Below, piece by piece: positions 24,866-25,251 of a stretch of 25,251 nucleotides of DNA. The notes under the pieces are model-generated. The model was given only the letters and a program-made list of their open reading frames with translations, ran no database searches and was not told the DNA's origin. Position numbers and translations under genes: made by a program. Within the stretch, counting starts at the first letter, position 1, and each line of letters begins with the position of its first letter. Source of the stretch: a virus; IMG/VR virus record IMGVR_UViG_3300035698_028775; one strand, given 5' to 3'.

Positions 24866-25251
24866 TTACCCATCTAAGTCAAATATACCCAAATAGTGTT
24901 CAATTCCTAATTCATCAAAGGCAGTTTCACTTATTTCTGTGAATAAGCCAGAGCTTCCTTCTCCAAAGGCGTTTAAGGTCTCTGGCAAACTGACAGCGAC
25001 CGTATCAAAATCAATTACTGAAGGTAATCCAAAGCTACCTATCTCTCTTTCCATATAGTATTTAAGATTCAAACTTGCATTATAGTCTCTATCTATTATT
25101 AAATTACATTCGCCACAATCATAAATTCTACAGCTTAAAGGCATATCCTTAATACTACCGCATCCAGAACATCTTTTGGTACTCGGAAACCATCGGTCGG
25201 CAACCGTTAAATCTGACCCATACCAATTACATTTATACTTCATCTGTCGAC
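24866..25251 (-). CDS. tnpB: TnpB-like (IS200/IS605 OrfB family) C-terminal fragment; 5' part lies beyond the window edge
   Basis: FPSTKRCSGCGSIKDMPLSCRIYDCGECNLIIDRDYNASLNL is the OrfB Zn-ribbon motif; reading frame stays open to position 25251. Confidence 0.55.
   Translation of the reverse strand, partial: RQMKYKCNWYGSDLTVADRWFPSTKRCSGCGSIKDMPLSCRIYDCGECNLIIDRDYNASLNLKYYMEREIGSFGLPSVIDFDTVAVSLPETLNAFGEGSSGLFTEISETAFDELGIEHYLGIFDLDG

Noticed and set aside
1-25251. CRISPR arrays, tRNA or rRNA genes
   Set aside because: No regularly spaced direct repeats and no tRNA-like T-loop or acceptor signatures were seen on either strand.

Overview
This is an AT-rich window (roughly one-third GC by eye) that reads as a tightly packed prokaryotic mobile-element region. 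Its architecture fits best with a large phage or phage-like element of a low-GC Firmicutes-type host. Almost every gene is preceded by a GGTGA/GGAGG-type Shine-Dalgarno. Genes run on the + strand from 1 to about 1330, and from about 1340 to the right edge nearly everything is on the - strand as long translationally coupled polycistrons. No capsid, terminase or tail genes are recognisable, so this is an accessory or early-type region. Recognisable products include a CPBP/Abi membrane protease, an HNH endonuclease, a GNAT acetyltransferase, a transglutaminase-like cysteine peptidase and an archaeal-type NMN adenylyltransferase (NadM-like). Others are a CoaD-like nucleotidyltransferase fused to an HD phosphohydrolase, a Zn-ribbon plus P-loop polynucleotide-kinase-like kinase, a nucleoside 2-deoxyribosyltransferase-like protein, a radical SAM enzyme, a class I SAM methyltransferase, a HAD-like protein with a variant motif, many Cys-rich Zn-ribbon proteins, a small HTH regulator and a partial TnpB-like gene at the right edge. 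The standout is an unmistakable Major Vault Protein (MVP) homolog. It carries N-terminal vault repeats, a shoulder domain and a cap-helix, and is encoded as two abutting ORFs (13672..13887 and 11330..13678, - strand). It closes a polycistron that ends in a textbook intrinsic terminator. The second notable signal is a conserved inverted-repeat motif of about 28 nt (TATATAC-N8-GTATATA followed by GG) sitting 7-30 nt upstream of at least five start codons, which is a candidate element-specific promoter.
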